Source: a virus
Reading direction: 5' to 3' (one strand)
IMG/VR virus record: IMGVR_UViG_3300050501_000235
Length of the DNA stretch: 64,000 nucleotides
Shown piece by piece: positions 28,827 to 39,700 of this stretch. Both the position numbers and the translations under genes were made by a program. The notes under the pieces are model-generated. The model was not told the DNA's origin and did no database searches. It was given only the letters and a program-made list of their open reading frames with translations. The first letter of the stretch is position 1, and every line of letters starts with the position of its first letter.

Positions 28827-29294
28827 ATGATACTTGCACTCGACCCAGGTGGGACAACTGGCGTGTGCCTCTACAACCCGGTACGTGACACCACTGAGAT
28901 CGAGCACTTCGGTCCACACGAGCACCACCGCGAGCTTTGGGACATGCTTGCTGAAACACTTGGCGAGTCCTTCACAGCGGGAGTGCGACTGCACATTGTG
29001 TGCGAGTCGTTCGAGTTTCGCCAGACCGAACGGCACCGTGACTTCATCAACTACATACCACGTGAGTACATCGGCATCGCCAAGCTGTTCTGGCAGATAC
29101 ACAGATCGCCTTCGGGTGTAATGTACTACGAGCAAAGGGCGTCACAGGCCAAAGGTTTCTTCAGCGATGATAAGGTGAAGCAACTCACCCTGTGGGTCCC
29201 TGGGCGTAAGCACGCAATGGACGCCACTCGCCACTATCTATATCACAGGGTCTTCACCCTCAACGACAAGTCGCTGCTATACAAGTTGCGCTAA
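28827..29294 (+). CDS. RuvC-like Holliday junction resolvase
   Basis: N-terminal MILALDPGGTTGV is typical of RuvC. ATG at 28827 in the frame of track ORF 28800..29294. Confidence 0.65.
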   Translation: MILALDPGGTTGVCLYNPVRDTTEIEHFGPHEHHRELWDMLAETLGESFTAGVRLHIVCESFEFRQTERHRDFINYIPREYIGIAKLFWQIHRSPSGVMYYEQRASQAKGFFSDDKVKQLTLWVPGRKHAMDATRHYLYHRVFTLNDKSLLYKLR

Positions 29295-29304
29295 GCAGTA
29301 GTGA

Positions 29305-29356
29305 GCCCCCGCTCGAGGAGCCCGTGCGGAGTGGCAGACACGGGGAGCGGGGGCTC
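29305..29356. terminator. Bidirectional hairpin terminator between the converging plus and minus operons
   Basis: 12-bp perfect inverted repeat GAGCCCCCGCTC/GAGCGGGGGCTC (29305..29316 and 29345..29356) at the plus/minus gene convergence point. Confidence 0.55.
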
Positions 29357-29370
29357 GGCTTGTGAAAAGG

Positions 29371-29525
29371 TTACGCTGTCGATAGCTTGGTGTCACCGAA
29401 GACAAGCAGTCCAGCTAGCACGAGACCCCAACCGAGGTTCCAGAAGCTGACTCTCGCCGGTGACCAGAAGGCGCTGATGATGATCAGGATGACTCCTACG
29501 ACCACGAGGATGAATCCAAGTGCCA
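29371..29525 (-). CDS. Small two-TM membrane protein (holin-like), 51 aa
   Basis: Manual minus-strand translation MALGFILVVVGVILIIISAFWSPARVSFWNLGWGLVLAGLLVFGDTKLSTA. Last gene of the lysis cassette. Below the ORF-track size cut-off. Confidence 0.35.
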
Positions 29526-29528
29526 TGT

Positions 29529-29852
29529 CTACTCCTTTCCCGACTGCCTCGCTGCCGCAACGATCGCAGTGTCTGAAGCAGTTGTGACGGCGTCGCCAGC
29601 CGAGATGATTCGAGGCTTCGCCGGGTCTTCTAGGAATGTCACCACCTTAGCGTTCGGCGTGACGGCAGGCTTCGTCCAAAGGGCTTGCAGGACTGCCAGC
29701 ACAGCACCCACGAGGCCTATGACCGAATCGGGGATGTCAGGGCTGACAGCGATTCCAAACGCCGCTAGGACGAAGACGACAGCGACGATCAGACCACGCC
29801 AGAGCGCAGGATCAAGGTGGACTAATCGCCACCAGAAGCCATTCCCGTTCAT
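29529..29852 (-). CDS. Holin-like membrane protein
   Basis: 107 aa with two predicted TM helices. Immediately downstream of the endolysin, start/stop overlapping. Confidence 0.5.
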   Translation of the reverse strand: MNGNGFWWRLVHLDPALWRGLIVAVVFVLAAFGIAVSPDIPDSVIGLVGAVLAVLQALWTKPAVTPNAKVVTFLEDPAKPRIISAGDAVTTASDTAIVAAARQSGKE

Positions 29853-30730
29853 GAAGCCACCGCTTCACCCGTTGTGGTGCTGCCCGTGCTTCCCGAGCCT
29901 GTGACGGAGACGGACAGGTTGGGGATGGCGTGCGTGTGGGCAACGAGGCCTCCGTTACCGCCGCCAGAAGGTCCGAAGTTCTCGGCGACCATCTTCTGTA
30001 CGGCAGCCCAAGCATCCGGACCGTAGTAGGTCGGCTCGCCACCAGTCACCAGGCTGGAAAGGGCAGCCTGAGTCTCGCCGCCGAAGTCGCTGTCAGCGCC
30101 GAACTTCGGAAGGCAACTTGGGTTAAGCTGAAGCAGCTGGAGCTGCATCGCCTTCACCTTGTCACCCTTGTCGCCAAGCTTGCAGAACATATCGTCTCCT
30201 CCTCCGGCCAGGTATTGCTCTACGGTTTCACCCCGCAGGATGGATAGAATCGCATCCGACGCGACTCTGCTTGTGACCCACTTCCGTCGAATCGACAAGT
30301 GCGTGTGCCACTTGTGGTCTGACGTCGTCTCAGAGATCTGTCCCGAGACGAAGTCGTAGCGCTTCGCTGGGTTGCTATCGTTGAACCACCCGTTGAAGGC
30401 GTTGATGTACTGCGCTCGCGGATCGCTGGCACGGTTGTACCAGACGCCCCACAACCTGTCGCAGCAGAGCTTCATGTCCGTTGGTGACATGGACATGTCA
30501 ATAGCCGCTGCAAGGTTCCGCGGCCATGTCCCCGGAGGAGCAGCATCGTCGGGACGAGTGTTGCTGAAGCCATGCTGGTCAGGATTGTCCTCGAGCGAGT
30601 TGTGGTAGCTGTTCTTCTTCTGATGTGCCGCATCGCCTACGATGCCAGAGAAGACGGCCGAGACGTAGTACGTCTCCCAGTTGTTGGCGATGTACTTTGT
30701 CTCGTCATGCGCCAGTGTGGTCATGACCAC
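29849..30730 (-). CDS. Endolysin (lysin A) with peptidoglycan-binding domain
   Basis: PG_binding_1-like repeat GDKGDKVKAMQLQLLQLN...GADSDFGGETQAAL. Position before the holins. 293 aa. Confidence 0.6.
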   Translation of the reverse strand: MVMTTLAHDETKYIANNWETYYVSAVFSGIVGDAAHQKKNSYHNSLEDNPDQHGFSNTRPDDAAPPGTWPRNLAAAIDMSMSPTDMKLCCDRLWGVWYNRASDPRAQYINAFNGWFNDSNPAKRYDFVSGQISETTSDHKWHTHLSIRRKWVTSRVASDAILSILRGETVEQYLAGGGDDMFCKLGDKGDKVKAMQLQLLQLNPSCLPKFGADSDFGGETQAALSSLVTGGEPTYYGPDAWAAVQKMVAENFGPSGGGNGGLVAHTHAIPNLSVSVTGSGSTGSTTTGEAVAS

Positions 30731-31055
30731 CTCCCCACGGAGCTGCGATCACGTCGTAGTCGAACTCTTCCGCCGCGCGGTATCGGTTGTTAGGACCAGC
30801 GGTCTGGCAATCCTCACCCAACTCGTCTCGGACCTTGAACTCGCCGGCGTCAGGTTGCCACTCGTAGATCCAGACTCTGTTGCCTGCATTGTCTACGAGC
30901 AGGAAGCCCTTCGAGCCCCTCGAGCGACGACTCACCCACTTCTCGCCCGCAAGAGGTCCTCCTCGACAGATGCCCTCGTACAGATCCGAGTCGTCACTCT
31001 CTGCCAGAGCAGGCTCCGGCTCGGGCTCACTCTGCAGGAACGGGTTCTGTGTCAT
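30705..31055 (-). CDS. Hypothetical protein
   Basis: ORF track, 116 aa. Confidence 0.45.
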   Translation of the reverse strand: MTQNPFLQSEPEPEPALAESDDSDLYEGICRGGPLAGEKWVSRRSRGSKGFLLVDNAGNRVWIYEWQPDAGEFKVRDELGEDCQTAGPNNRYRAAEEFDYDVIAAPWGGGHDHTGA

Positions 31056-31064
31056 CTTCCCTCC

Positions 31065-32045
31065 TTACAGTCTTGTGCCTCTAATCCATGAGTTGACAGT
31101 TATTCGTGTGTTAGTTGCGTCAAGTGTGCTCTGGGCCCACTGCAGACGTAGGAAGCCAGGAGTGGTGCTACACTGAATGGTACCTTTGATCTGTGCAACA
31201 ACGAAGGTACCGACGCCTGCGCCACCCAGCGAGACAGCGTTCGAGTTGAAGATGCCACCGAAGTTAGCATCGCTCGACGTACCAGAGAGACCCGTTACGG
31301 GTCCCAGTATGTAACCACGAAACTCCGCAGACGTAGGCACCGTGAGTTGCATCTTGATGTCGGCAGTAGTGGACGAGTCGTAGAAGATGAAACCGTCTAT
31401 TGCCCAGCGGGTGCCACCATCACCCTCGTTCATGGGGAAGAACAAGTCATCGTCATTTTGGAACGTGGTGCTGTTGTTGACGACTTCATCGCCTGTCTTA
31501 CGCACGATGTGAGTGTCGTGCAGCGGCGTGCGTCTGTCGGTGATGACGCTGTTCGTGATGGTGGTTACTGCCGCACCGATAAGTACCTGTGCGATGGTGT
31601 AGCTGTTCAATGGCGGCGCAGGTAGCGCTGGTGATGATGCGGGAGTACCCGTCACAACCTCGATGGTGATGTTGTTCGTCACACCACTAAAGGCTGAGTC
31701 GCGAACACGTACCACGATGCGATCGAGTCTGTTCAGTGTTGCGTGAGAGGCCGCTATTGCAAGCACGACTGGACCATCGTTCATGAACGGGTAGGCCCCT
31801 TGGAGAGCATTCTCCGTACCACGTACAACGCCCTCACCGCTATTCACGCGGACGTTCATACTCGGTGGAGTGTCCTCCACGACCTGGCAAGCGTTACCGA
31901 CAGTCATGTTGATACCGCTGCGGGGGATCATCGACCCGTCAATAGCTCGGCTACCCGGGAGGAGCACGCCGGCGTAGTACCTCTGCATCTGTGCCGTGTA
32001 GACTGAACCGGCGTTCTGGTTCCAGGACGGCGTGAGAATAGCCAT
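31065..32045 (-). CDS. Tail fibre / minor tail protein (paralog of 34722..35843)
   Basis: 326 aa. Shares N-terminal segments GTENALQGAY, VRVRDS.YSGVTNN, EVVTGTP...ALPA, GA(A/G)VTTI with the 373-aa protein. Confidence 0.6.
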   Translation of the reverse strand: MAILTPSWNQNAGSVYTAQMQRYYAGVLLPGSRAIDGSMIPRSGINMTVGNACQVVEDTPPSMNVRVNSGEGVVRGTENALQGAYPFMNDGPVVLAIAASHATLNRLDRIVVRVRDSAFSGVTNNITIEVVTGTPASSPALPAPPLNSYTIAQVLIGAAVTTITNSVITDRRTPLHDTHIVRKTGDEVVNNSTTFQNDDDLFFPMNEGDGGTRWAIDGFIFYDSSTTADIKMQLTVPTSAEFRGYILGPVTGLSGTSSDANFGGIFNSNAVSLGGAGVGTFVVAQIKGTIQCSTTPGFLRLQWAQSTLDATNTRITVNSWIRGTRL

Positions 32046-32055
32046 GTTTCACCTC

Positions 32056-32472
32056 CTACGGGTGGTTCTCACTTGACTGGTTGCGCGACTCTAGAATCTT
32101 GATTCGCATGTCCTTCTCCGCAGCTTGACTTTTCAAGTCCCGGATGGCCGCCTGTGACGCCTCGCGCTCCTGCCTTGATGCTTCGCGTTCCCTCGCCAGA
32201 GTGGTTCGCAGTTCCTCAACTAGGATTCGGAGCTCGCCAACCTCTGCACGAGCTTCTCTGGCTTCCTTGTCAAGCTCAACCACACGAGTCTTCAACGGCT
32301 CAAGAAGAACGGTGGCGCCTTGCGCAATCACTTCAGATGCGTCAGCGCCAGCCTTCTTCGCTTCGGCTTGTAACTTCCTGTACTGTGGACGGACGTAGAA
32401 GAGGGCCATCAGCCCAGATAGACCTCCCAGTGCGGCGACAATACCTAGGATGAGTGTTACTGCATTATTCAT
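32056..32472 (-). CDS. Membrane-anchored coiled-coil protein
   Basis: 138 aa. N-terminal TM LILGIVAALGGLSGLMALFYV, then a charged coiled coil. Confidence 0.5.
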   Translation of the reverse strand: MNNAVTLILGIVAALGGLSGLMALFYVRPQYRKLQAEAKKAGADASEVIAQGATVLLEPLKTRVVELDKEAREARAEVGELRILVEELRTTLAREREASRQEREASQAAIRDLKSQAAEKDMRIKILESRNQSSENHP

Positions 32473-32929
32473 CCCTTGCCACCACTTCTATCAACGTTCG
32501 TAGCCTCTGCAGGTGAGCGTTGATACGAATGAAGCGAATGAGTGACGACACCGCGAACGTTAGGACAATGCTGGCAGAGCCAAAGGCACGCACGGGACTT
32601 CCACTCAGTGAGAACAGGGCCACTGTGTAGAGCAATGCCGAGGGCGCGACGATTAGCATTGCCGCACGTTCCACGAGGAGGCTCAGCGTCAGACTCCTTA
32701 GCCACACTCCGACGAGCCCAACTAAACCACCGATGCATAGAAGGGTGTACCACGTTATCACCACCAGAGGAGGTAGGTCTTCTGTTATTGATCCTGGAGG
32801 AGGTTCGAAGAAGAGGAAGTAGACACCAGACAGAACCGACCATCCCAGCATGAGGACCTCGAACGGATTACGACCTTCCGTGCCTTCGACCACAACTACA
32901 TCTCTCATCCTCTTCAGTGAGACGATCAC
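32465..32929 (-). CDS. Polytopic membrane protein (~4 TM)
   Basis: 154 aa. Four hydrophobic segments. Confidence 0.5.
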   Translation of the reverse strand: MIVSLKRMRDVVVVEGTEGRNPFEVLMLGWSVLSGVYFLFFEPPPGSITEDLPPLVVITWYTLLCIGGLVGLVGVWLRSLTLSLLVERAAMLIVAPSALLYTVALFSLSGSPVRAFGSASIVLTFAVSSLIRFIRINAHLQRLRTLIEVVARDE

Positions 32930-32937
32930 AGGTACCC

Positions 32938-33465
32938 CTAGAAGAACTCGACTTCCGTCACGGTCATTACCAAGAGGTCATCAGTGTTGACCGTAAATTG
33001 ATTGGACAGCACCTTGACCTTGCCGTTTATGGTGACATCACCCGAAGCAAGGAGCGGGTCGAACATCGCTTCGTCAGGCATGTCACGCTCGTAGGACCAG
33101 TGGCGGTGATCGCCAGTAGTGTTGAAGAAGTATGGTGATACGTCGATGTCGGTGTACGTGGCGTTTGAAGCTATTGCGTCCACACCAAACGTGACCTTCG
33201 TCGCAACGTTCACGAAGCCGGAAGCTGATATCTTGACACGAAGAAGTGTTGAAACGCTCTTCTTGTCAAATACCATCGAGAGTCCACTGACAGCGACGTA
33301 CGAAGTGCTTGTGTAGTTAGTACCACTGCCCGGCACTCGCACGACCTTGCTGTGAAGCCCACCGCCTGTCGAGCCTACCAGTGTCTCCAAGTTGCGCACA
33401 CGACGCTCAAGCACCGCGAACTGTACATCGTGTTGGTGGTCTTCGAAGCTGTTGTAGCGACTCAT
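32938..33465 (-). CDS. Minor tail protein
   Basis: ORF track, 175 aa. Location in the tail module. Confidence 0.45.
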   Translation of the reverse strand: MSRYNSFEDHQHDVQFAVLERRVRNLETLVGSTGGGLHSKVVRVPGSGTNYTSTSYVAVSGLSMVFDKKSVSTLLRVKISASGFVNVATKVTFGVDAIASNATYTDIDVSPYFFNTTGDHRHWSYERDMPDEAMFDPLLASGDVTINGKVKVLSNQFTVNTDDLLVMTVTEVEFF

Positions 33466-34718
33466 TCGAAGTCACCCACAAACCCAAGAGAGATCTCCTC
33501 CGCACCGCCTTCAGAGGACGCCGGACGCAATGCATACTCGTTGATGGTAACAGGCACTCGAATACCTGACGGGTGCATCGCATCGCGGATGATGAGGATA
33601 GCGGCGGAGCCCAAGTCATACGTTCCAAACTCGGGAGTGAGATCAGGCCGAACGTCGACCTTGTACGTGATCTTAGGTGGCTTTCGCCTCGTGTTCTCCT
33701 GGGCTGTGCGGGAATCCAACAGACCTTGATCGTCTATGTGCTTGAGCGGGATCACTACATCCTTGGGAAAGAAGCCGCCGCGGACCTCTACCAAGTCAAG
33801 GTTGATGATCTCCGACACTATCATGTCAAGACCCTGACCTGCACCGATGCCCAGAATGTTCGTTCCCGACCCTGCCAAGTTGTCAGTTCGGTAGTAGTTC
33901 AGAATGTTGCCAGGATATTCGAAGATCGTCGAGTCGCCACTGAGCCCAGCCGAAAGCGTCGGATATCCGAATAGGACAAACTTGTGGACCTCTATCGCAG
34001 GCAGAGGCTCATATGGTGGACCGGGAATGCTTGCAGTGGATCCTTGAATGTCGCTCTGACCAGTCACGAGGCGTGGGACGATACGCCAATCGAAGCCGTC
34101 ATCGCTGTTGGCAATCTCGTCAACGAACTGCCTGTAGGTCTTGTAGTCACGGCGATCCAAGAAGATGGACTTGATCACACCTGTTATCGGACCGCTCGTG
34201 GGAAAGTCAGGTATGATGGCACCTTCGAATGGGACGTTAGCGTCTTCAGGCTCGAAGAAGAGTGGGAACAGAGGTCCAGCGTGCGTCTCGTCGAATCGAT
34301 AGCTTGCTGTCCCAAAGTAGAGAATGAACCCCTGGTCTTCATTGTTGAAGTTCAACCCTGTAGTCCCCAACTCGTTCTTGGGAATGATACGTTCGTCGAA
34401 GTATCCCTCGTACGCCTTGGCATAAATCTGTAGCGACTTGGACTGTGCCTGGTACGTTCTGCTCGTGATGTAACCACCCCAAACAGGTATGCCATCGCGC
34501 AATACCACTATGAAGTTCCTGAAGGGTGTAGTGGCATCGATGAGCTCAGCGTTAGTCTTCCCAGACTTACTGACCTGGTCGAGCTGGAAGCTTCCCTGCA
34601 TGTAGCCAATGTCGTTGAGCTTTCCCACGATGTACACGCCGTACAGGGGGATCTCGATGTCGACGCGAGCTGTTTGCCAGTTTCCAAACAGGAAACGGTA
34701 TTCGCCGGCCATGATCAC
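33462..34718 (-). CDS. Minor tail protein
   Basis: ORF track, 418 aa. Tail module. Confidence 0.5.
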   Translation of the reverse strand: MIMAGEYRFLFGNWQTARVDIEIPLYGVYIVGKLNDIGYMQGSFQLDQVSKSGKTNAELIDATTPFRNFIVVLRDGIPVWGGYITSRTYQAQSKSLQIYAKAYEGYFDERIIPKNELGTTGLNFNNEDQGFILYFGTASYRFDETHAGPLFPLFFEPEDANVPFEGAIIPDFPTSGPITGVIKSIFLDRRDYKTYRQFVDEIANSDDGFDWRIVPRLVTGQSDIQGSTASIPGPPYEPLPAIEVHKFVLFGYPTLSAGLSGDSTIFEYPGNILNYYRTDNLAGSGTNILGIGAGQGLDMIVSEIINLDLVEVRGGFFPKDVVIPLKHIDDQGLLDSRTAQENTRRKPPKITYKVDVRPDLTPEFGTYDLGSAAILIIRDAMHPSGIRVPVTINEYALRPASSEGGAEEISLGFVGDFE

Positions 34719-34721
34719 CTC

Positions 34722-35843
34722 CTATATGACGGTAATGCCTGAAGTGTTGTAGTGCTTCGCTAGGTTCCATGAGGGCCCGTTGGCATGTCCCACAACCGTA
34801 ATGGTTCCCGAGCCAGTGGCTCTCTGACATGTCAGAACCATATTAGCAGATCCACCAACGACGGGCATCATCCAGTTGAACTCGATCAGCTGCGGCAAGT
34901 TGGCAACGGGAATGACGATATCGGGTGCTATGCCCCGTGAGGTCCCTCCTACGCTGCCCTCGCGAACCCTGAAGGTGACACGGTCGTTAGCAACTGTGGA
35001 TTGTACGTAGCAGTGCACCTCACCACCCACGGCTACGGCACCACCTGGAAAGGTAATCGTGCCAGTGTCGAGGTTGGTGACTGTGGCCTCAGCGGTGCCA
35101 CTAAACAAGGTCCCGGTGCCCGTATAGTACTTGCCTTGGAAGTAGCCTCTGTTGCCGTTGCGCTGGGTGAAGAACTCGTCGAAGCTACCACCCGGTGCAG
35201 AGTAGTAATGCGTCAGAGTGGTGCGATCAAGAATCCAGTTGTGCGCATAGGGTCCGCCCGGAAGCATGGCGTCGAAGGCGGCTTGCGTCTCCCACGGCTC
35301 CCAACCACCTGCGGCTGAGAAGAACCTTCGATTCGCGAAGCTAATGTTGGCATCGAGGATTGTTGTCACTCCAGCACCAACAGTGACACGTGCGATCTCA
35401 AGCGAACTGGCAGGCAACGCTGGAGCGCCGCCACCAGGCGTGCCAGTTACTATCTCCAGTGCCCAAGCGTTGGTCACACCTGAGTACTGCTGGTCTCGCA
35501 CCCTCGCTATGACTCTGTCGGTCCTCGACAATGATGGATCGGAAGCAGCGATGGTTAGGTTCTTGGTTGCGTCGTTGATGCAGATGTATGCACCCTGAAG
35601 TGCATTCTCCGTACCTGCCACGACTGCGATACCTGGGTGAACTCTAACCTGCATAGTCGCAGGTGATGTTTGCTCCACGAACATCGGTGCCGTGGGCGAT
35701 ACGCCGCCTGCTGGACGCAGTAGTGGATCGGAGGCGCCGCCCTCGTCCAAGTGCGTGAGTAGACCACCGATAGCGAGACGCAGCTGGGCTGCAGAGTGGT
35801 CAGAGCGATTCTGGAACCACGCAGCCGGATTAATCTCTGTCAT
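34722..35843 (-). CDS. Tail fibre / minor tail protein (paralog of 31065..32045)
   Basis: 373 aa. Shared motifs with the 326-aa protein (see 31065..32045). Confidence 0.6.
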   Translation of the reverse strand: MTEINPAAWFQNRSDHSAAQLRLAIGGLLTHLDEGGASDPLLRPAGGVSPTAPMFVEQTSPATMQVRVHPGIAVVAGTENALQGAYICINDATKNLTIAASDPSLSRTDRVIARVRDQQYSGVTNAWALEIVTGTPGGGAPALPASSLEIARVTVGAGVTTILDANISFANRRFFSAAGGWEPWETQAAFDAMLPGGPYAHNWILDRTTLTHYYSAPGGSFDEFFTQRNGNRGYFQGKYYTGTGTLFSGTAEATVTNLDTGTITFPGGAVAVGGEVHCYVQSTVANDRVTFRVREGSVGGTSRGIAPDIVIPVANLPQLIEFNWMMPVVGGSANMVLTCQRATGSGTITVVGHANGPSWNLAKHYNTSGITVI

Positions 35844-35846
35844 ACT

Positions 35847-36749
35847 TCACCTCCACGCACTACTCCAGTTGAGCGTCATCCTGGTTACACCTTCAGTACC
35901 TCCGCCACCGGCAAGCTGGAAGCGAACGACGTTGTCACCTGGCGCTAGCAAGAACCAATTGTCCACTTGCACAGCGTTGCGACGGTTCGCTGTACCGTTC
36001 AACGTTGCAAGGTGGTTTGCCATGTCCAAGGTTAGCACGTCGCCAGTTAGCAACGTCAAGTTCAGTTGGACTTCACCGGCATTCGTGTCGTTCAAGACAC
36101 GAGGGTTCATGCCAGGCCCCTCGATAGTGACGATGACTGGCGCTGGCCTATTCCCTCCGTTGTACGCATGTACTTGATCAACCAGGACGGCAGGCGGAGT
36201 GCCGAATCCAAAGTTGAAACCGTAGTTGAATCCGAAGCCCTGCGCAGGACCACTCACCCAACCTAGGGAGGCGGTCAACGACGGGTAGGAGTAGATGCGA
36301 GGGTCCTCTGCATACAAGCCGAACTGGATCTTAGATGTACCTGTTCGCCGAAGAGTCTCCCAGTCGTACCGAACACCACGTGACTTGCAGTTGAGGTACC
36401 GAACGCCAACTCCGGGCGTGTAGAAGTACAGCCTGTTGTTGGCTGTGCGTGGTGCATAGTTGGCCTTGATGCTATCGAGGTACGACTCAAGCGTGGCAGT
36501 CGGTGAGTAGATGACACCCGTGATTAGAATGTCGCGGCCCTTCTCGAACTCGGCATCGAGAAAGCCTCCATCGGCTCCTTCGTGGTCTCGGAACGTCTCT
36601 CGGAACGGTGAGTTGTCAAGACCCGTAACCTCAGTCACGTCAACGAAGCCTTGCGACGGACTTGCGTCGGAGTTGAGTAGCACTCCGTCACCGTTGTTGT
36701 CAACGAACAGGAACTCGTAGTCACCGGTAGGAAGTGCAGCGGCCATCAC
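35847..36749 (-). CDS. Distal tail protein (Dit-like)
   Basis: 300 aa, immediately downstream of the tape measure. Confidence 0.5.
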   Translation of the reverse strand: MMAAALPTGDYEFLFVDNNGDGVLLNSDASPSQGFVDVTEVTGLDNSPFRETFRDHEGADGGFLDAEFEKGRDILITGVIYSPTATLESYLDSIKANYAPRTANNRLYFYTPGVGVRYLNCKSRGVRYDWETLRRTGTSKIQFGLYAEDPRIYSYPSLTASLGWVSGPAQGFGFNYGFNFGFGTPPAVLVDQVHAYNGGNRPAPVIVTIEGPGMNPRVLNDTNAGEVQLNLTLLTGDVLTLDMANHLATLNGTANRRNAVQVDNWFLLAPGDNVVRFQLAGGGGTEGVTRMTLNWSSAWR

Positions 36750-39700
36750 AACCTCCCGTCAATGAGGAACCCAAGCTCAGCGGCATTGCGCTTAGGATCG
36801 ATCTCTTGTGTGTAGATGTTATACGTGTTATTGATGATCTTCGATGTGCCGCCCTGCGAATCACTGGGCCCCACAGGGGCAAAACCACTTGCGCTGCTAG
36901 CTTCGAACGCTCCTTCGGGACTGATGTTGATCTTCCGCGCCAGTTGAGCCGACGCTCCAGCCAACGCATCAGAGTTGCGCAGCATGCCCTCTGTTAGCCT
37001 GTTGACAATTGACCGACCGGCGTTACGCAGATCACCAGTACCGGACAACGGTCCACGCTTTGCAGGTGAGAATGGCCAGAAGTCCTTGACCATCTTGGCC
37101 ATTTCCTTGAGCTTGTCCTTGAGCTTGTTGATCTTCGATGTGATACCTTCTATGAGTCCGCTGATGATTGACTTACCGGCGTCTAGCAGCCAGGTACCAG
37201 CGTTGGCGAAGAAGTCGCGGACGCTCTTGAACACGCTCGTGACGGTGTTCCAAATTTGGCTCAGTGTGGATGAGATGACGCTCACCAAGCCGTTCCAGAC
37301 GCTTCTGGTGAAACCACTCACAGCGTTCCAGATCATTTGGACGAAGGACCAAATGGCATTCAAGGTACTCATGACCTCGTCGCCAATGGCTCCCCAGATC
37401 ATGTTCCAGAAAGCAAGGATACCATTCCAGATCATCTGGAAGAATTCGCTGATGGCTCCCCACACTGCTTGGGCAGCACTGCTGATGGCTCCCCAGACAG
37501 CCTCCCAAATGCGGCGGAGTATCTCCGCACCGATCTGGAAGATCTTGACGATGATGGTCCAGAACAGTTCGGCTGCTGCCTGAATCAACTGGAAGATGGC
37601 GATGATCAGTTCGCCAATGTCACTCTGCCAGAAGGTACGCCACAAGTTACCCAGGAATCCCATCATGCCCATGAACAGACCAACGATGAAGTTCCAAGTG
37701 GCTTGAAGGAAGCTGACGATGGCGTTCCATACCTCGACGAAGAAGGAGCTGACAGCGTCCCAAACGGTGTGCCAGACGTCGGCAAGGAACTTCGCAGCCG
37801 CGACGACAGCATCTACCACTGCTGTCCAGACCGCCACCACGGTCATGATCGTGGCGATGAAGATGCCTATCATGGCAATAACTGAACCACCGATGATGCC
37901 AACGAACACCGCGATGAGGACACCACCGACGATCGCAATCCACTTGGCAAGCGTGATGAGAACACCGATGGCCCTGTCGACAGACTCCTTGTTCTGCGCG
38001 TACCACTTCACAGCCTCTTGCAGGAGAGGCACGAGGAAGTTCTGGATAGAGTCAGCCACAAACTTGACTGCAGTGGCGAGGTTCTTCCCGAACGTCTCCC
38101 AAACTTCTTTCGTGACAGGCAGGACGCGCTCCTCGAAGAACTTCACGATCGTCTGCCAAGCAGGCATGAACGCGTTCTTCCAGAAGTCTAGGATGGTATT
38201 CTTCAGCTGTTCAACAGCGTTGCGGAATCCCTCACTGCGCTTCCACAGCAATGCAATGCCAGCAGCACCACCTGCGAAGGCTGCACCAAGTACAGCGACA
38301 GCTCCGACCAAGTAAAGGAGCCCTGTGCCCGCAGTGACAACCGCCGCTACGAGTCCGGCAAGGAAGCCCAAGAAGATTAGGAGTATGCCTCCAACGGTAG
38401 CAAGTACTCCACCCCAGATTAGGAACTGCGTGATAATGTTCTTTGTGCTGGGGTCGAGATTGTTGAACCACTCAACAATCTTGCTAAGGAACTCCACAAG
38501 CTTCAGCAGAATGGGCGCAGCGGCCTCACCGATGGCGAGACGAAGAACTGTCCAGCGGTTGGACAACAGCTGCATCTTTGCCGCAGCCGTGTTAGCCATG
38601 TCGCCGAACTTCTCCTCCATAACGCCTGAAGCGTTGCTCATGGAGGTCAAGAGGTCGCGGAAGTTTTCCAGGTCGCCCTCGCGCAGCAGAACCTGCTCGA
38701 TGAAACGCCTCGCCTGGATAGTACCACCGGAGCTCTTCAGCATTTCGGTCAATGCTGCGACACGGTCAGCTGGAGGCAGCTTGAGGATCTTCTCCCGCAA
38801 CTGCGTCAGGATGTCGATGAGCGGTAGGAAGTTTCCATGGATGTCGCGGACCTTGACACCCATATCCTCCATACGCGACACGGTCTTCGGGTTCGTCAAA
38901 GCCTCGAGGGCACGCGCGGCAGACGTAGAGGCCATGGCAGCGCTCTGACCGTTACGGGTCATGAACGCCAACATGGCTGCCACGGTCTCGAAGCTTTGAC
39001 CAGCCCGTGTAGCTGCTGGAACTACTCGACCAAAGACGTTAGCAAACTCCTCGTAGGTGCCAACACCCTTTCGGACCAACTCGAACTGGATGTCGAGAAT
39101 GTCGTTCACCTTCTCGAATGGGATGTTGTACGCGTTCATGATGGAGATCGTACCGCGTGCAGCGGTCTGGATGTCCGTCTGACCAGCGACAGCAGCCTTG
39201 GAGAAGGCCTCAAGGAGAATCTTGGACTGTGCAAGGTTGGCATTCGTGGACGAGAAGATGTCGAACAGTGCAGGCTGGATCTCTTCGAAGGCAACGGGAA
39301 TGCGCCGCGCGATGTCCAAGCCGATGTCGCCAACCTCTTGCATGCTTGCAGAGAAGCCATCAACCTGTGTACGTGTGAGGGCAACCTGGCGTTCGTATTC
39401 AGCCCAGAGTTGTGCCGAGCCATGTAGGAAGGCTAGTGCGAGACCTCCGGCCACAGCAAATCCGATACCGAGAGTCTCCAAGCCACCCGAGACTGCCGAG
39501 AGTGATTGACCGAAGCGACGCTGTCGAGCTTCGGCTTCCTCAATGGCTCGAGCTTCCGCATCCAGCTGTCGCGCCATTGCAATGTGAGCCTGAACCTGCT
39601 GACGCGTTGCACCTGCTGCGCGAAGGTTGGCTGCTGTCTGCCTGTGGGTCTCTGCTTCTGCTCGACGAGCTGCTGCTTGTGCTGCGGCTGCCGACCGCAT

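Noticed and set aside
37100-38300. Possible CRISPR-like or tandem repeats
   Set aside because: The periodicity comes from W-rich amino-acid pseudo-repeats within the tape-measure coding sequence, not repeat-spacer units. No CRISPR array was seen anywhere in the window.
36975-38948. Plus-strand ORFs inside the tape-measure gene (36975..37583, 37337..37885, 37719..38315, 38325..38948)
   Set aside because: They are alternate frames of the 1013-aa minus-strand tape measure, whose pseudo-repeats create long open frames.
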